A stretch of DNA of 64,000 bases from an uncultured Phycisphaerales bacterium (GTDB lineage Bacteria; Planctomycetota; Phycisphaerae; Tepidisphaerales; Tepidisphaeraceae). The stretch spans positions 1,120,001 to 1,184,000 of the forward strand of contig CAVWVQ010000003.1 of assembly GCA_963758525.1 (NCBI GenBank), given 5' to 3'. How positions within the stretch are numbered: the stretch's first letter is position 1; each line of letters opens with the position of its first letter. The notes under the pieces were generated by a model. That model was given only the letters and a program-made list of their open reading frames with translations. It did not search any database and was not told the origin of the DNA. Below, in pieces: positions 61,666 to 64,000 of the stretch. Both the position numbers and the translations under genes were made by a program.

Positions 61666-63239
61666 AGACGCAACTCGCCAATGCCGCCTGGTTGCTCGCC
61701 AGCGCTCCTGCCTACGGGGCATTCACGCGTGCGCTCAATGATCCGGGCGCCGCGGCAGGGCAGGTGTTGCGACGGATTCTGCGCGACGGCGCCAACAGCG
61801 AGTTCGGCAGGGAACATGGATTTTCGCAGATTCGCACGCCGGAGCAATTTGCCCAAAACGTGCAGCCGCGCGATTACGACCAGATGTCCCCCTGGATCGA
61901 GCGCATCGCCCGCGGCGAAAAAAACGTGCTGGCGCCCGGCGAAGTGCGACGCCTTGTTCCCACCAGCGGCTCTGCCGCCGCCCGAAAGCTGATTCCGTAC
62001 AACGATGCCCTGCAGCGGGAGCTCAACTGCGCGATCGCGCCCTGGATTTACGATCTGCATCTGCGGCATCCCAAGGCAATGCGGGGCAGCGCCTACTGGT
62101 CGGTGACGCCGGCGGCTCCTGTTGCCCGGGAGACTTCAAAGATCCCGATCGGATTCGATGACGACTCGGCCTATCTGGGCGGCTGGCGCCGACGGTTGAT
62201 CGACGCCACGCTGGCCGTCCCCGGCGCGTTTCGCGAGGTCGCATCGATATCCGCGCTGCGATACCTCACGCTCCTGTCCCTTTTGCGCCGCCGCGATCTG
62301 AGTCTGATATCGGTCTGGCATCCTTCATTTCTCGGCCTGCTGCTCGACGAGATGCACGCGCGCCGTGCGGAATTGATTGCCGATGTGAGGAACGGCACCT
62401 GCGAGGTTGCCAATGAGATTCCACCGCACATCGTACCGTTCGCGGTCTCTCGGCCGGATCGGCGCCGCGCGAACCAGATCGCCCGGGCGAACGGGGTCGC
62501 GGAGATCTGGCCCAATCTCGCCGCCATCAGTTGCTGGGCGGACGCGAATGCCTCGGCGGCGGCTGCCAACCTCGGCGCGCTGTTTCCCGGCGTCGTGCTG
62601 CAGCCAAAGGGACTTCTCGCCACAGAGGGATTTGTTTCCATTCCGTTTGCGGGCCATCATCCGTTGGCGATTCGGTCCCACTATTTCGAATTTCTCGACG
62701 ATCGCGGACGTCTGTTCCTGCCGTGCGATCTGCGGATCGGCCAAACCTTCACGCTCCTGCTCACCACCGGCGGCGGACTCTATCGCTACCGTCTCAACGA
62801 CATGGTTCGCGTAGACGGATTCGTCGGGCGAACACCGTCGATTCGCTTCATCGGCAAGGCCGCGCTCGTCTCCGATCTGCGGGGAGAGAAATTGACCGAC
62901 GGCTTCGTCGCGACCGTGATGCAGCGCCTGCCGGTGCGAGCTCCCTTCATGCTGCTCGCCCCTGAAGAGGATGGGAACGATTGCCGCTACACTCTGTATC
63001 TCGCGTGCGCCGCCCCTGCGTCACCGCTGGACTTGGTGCTCGACGAGTTGCTCTGCGAAAATCCCCAATACGCATATTGCCGGCGGCTGGGGCAATTGAA
63101 GCCCTGCCGGGTTCACCCTGTGCGGGAAGACGCCTACGACATGTATTGCCGGCGGCTCCAGTCGCTCGGCCAACGCATCGGCGACATCAAACCCGCGTCG
63201 CTCAGCGCGCTGACCGGCTGGAGCATTTGGTTCCAGTGA
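61659..63239 (+). CDS. GH3 family (auxin-responsive-like) acyl-adenylate/amido ligase
   Basis: SEFGREHGF, PTSGSAAARKLIPY (P-loop-like), LLATEG, LTTGGGLYRYRLND, GEKL. Confidence 0.85.
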   Translation: MVKTQLANAAWLLASAPAYGAFTRALNDPGAAAGQVLRRILRDGANSEFGREHGFSQIRTPEQFAQNVQPRDYDQMSPWIERIARGEKNVLAPGEVRRLVPTSGSAAARKLIPYNDALQRELNCAIAPWIYDLHLRHPKAMRGSAYWSVTPAAPVARETSKIPIGFDDDSAYLGGWRRRLIDATLAVPGAFREVASISALRYLTLLSLLRRRDLSLISVWHPSFLGLLLDEMHARRAELIADVRNGTCEVANEIPPHIVPFAVSRPDRRRANQIARANGVAEIWPNLAAISCWADANASAAAANLGALFPGVVLQPKGLLATEGFVSIPFAGHHPLAIRSHYFEFLDDRGRLFLPCDLRIGQTFTLLLTTGGGLYRYRLNDMVRVDGFVGRTPSIRFIGKAALVSDLRGEKLTDGFVATVMQRLPVRAPFMLLAPEEDGNDCRYTLYLACAAPASPLDLVLDELLCENPQYAYCRRLGQLKPCRVHPVREDAYDMYCRRLQSLGQRIGDIKPASLSALTGWSIWFQ

Positions 63240-63405
63240 ACTCGGCGCTTTCGTCCATTTCCATTCGCCGAAATTTTTTGTGCGTCCACAAGAATGATGA
63301 ACGACCGCACAACCCGCGGCAGAGCCGAAGAGCATCGCGGATGTGCCGGAGTGAGCGATGCACGCCGGTCGCGGTAGTGCGTGCATCTTTCCGATTACAT
63401 CATCG

Positions 63406-64000
63406 TCAAAACTGATCCCAAATCGGCTGGAACCAATTTGGGACCTCATCCGACTTCAGCTCGATCCGTGTCCCGTCCGTGATTTCCGCAAAGTACCAGG
63501 ATTCTTCTCCGCTGGTGTCGAATAGGAACGCCCGATCGGCGAAGCGGATAGAATCGCGCAGCAGCGCCAGCGATCGATGGTACCGCGAGACGATTTTATC
63601 CTCGGGTACGTCGTGCCCTCCTCCCGAAACACGATTCTTGACGCGCTGAACATTGATGGCGGGATCTTCGGTCGCGACGTAGTAGAGGTAAGTGCGGAAT
63701 CCGCGGACTTTGGCATTTGAAAGAAGATCGACCTTGTCGCGAGCCGACATCACCGTCTCAAACGAAAACGATCTTGACGCTGCCATTGCTTTTTGCCGAA
63801 GGAAGTCCGCAAGCACCGAGGCGTAATAGGAATTTATTTGCAGAGGTCCGAACTCGAGCGTATCGGATCGAATCTCAATCGCGTGGGCGGCCGAGTCGAG
63901 TTGCTTGCGCTGAAGGAACGAGGACGAGGTAAAATGGCTTCGGATTTCTTCCGTCGTCGTACGCAGTTCGAAGGGTTTCAACGACAGCACGCCGGTTTCG
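63406..64000 (-). CDS. Zeta-toxin-like / predicted ABC-type P-loop ATPase, 5' end outside window
   Basis: SFSFETVMS, YYVATEDPAINVQRVKNRVSGGGHDVPEDKIVSRYHRSL. Confidence 0.75.
   Translation of the reverse strand, partial: ETGVLSLKPFELRTTTEEIRSHFTSSSFLQRKQLDSAAHAIEIRSDTLEFGPLQINSYYASVLADFLRQKAMAASRSFSFETVMSARDKVDLLSNAKVRGFRTYLYYVATEDPAINVQRVKNRVSGGGHDVPEDKIVSRYHRSLALLRDSIRFADRAFLFDTSGEESWYFAEITDGTRIELKSDEVPNWFQPIWDQF

Noticed and set aside
51275..63239. RiPP or ladderane cluster
   Set aside because: No precursor peptide, RRE or SPASM motifs, and no ACP/FabF genes in the window.

Overview
GC-rich bacterial DNA. The gene style and the dense palindromic repeats suggest a PVC/Planctomycetota-like soil organism (inference only). 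About a dozen single-base frameshifts in otherwise intact genes point to long-read assembly errors. There are five blocks. (1) 1-9.2 kb: FAD oxidoreductase, a GH1-like/GT4 fusion, SDR, an ion-channel-like protein, a compact lower-GC RHH-GNAT-XRE three-gene module, and a GT2. (2) 9.7-38.8 kb: an organic-nitrogen scavenging island with allophanate hydrolase, a CHASE/PAS hybrid kinase plus sigma54 activator, a porin + BMP-ABC + biuret hydrolase + cupin operon, ureE/F/G, urtABCDE, ureD and a two-chain urease whose proteins resemble the plant/fungal type. Both transporter operons are preceded by the same non-canonical sigma54-like box, TGGCACG-N4-TTGT. (3) 38.9-43.8 kb: DUF485/ActP symporter, YiiX-like hydrolase and GH110. 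(4) 44-50.7 kb: glycan-modification genes. (5) 51.3-63.2 kb: an uncharacterised biosynthetic cluster with two B12-binding radical SAM enzymes, a fatty-acid desaturase, PAP2, a Rieske oxygenase, a SnoaL-like protein, a lipase-like protein, three GNAT-like proteins and a GH3 acyl-amido ligase. Block 5 is the best candidate for an undescribed system, probably making a modified lipid or N-acyl amide. No rRNA, tRNA or CRISPR was seen.
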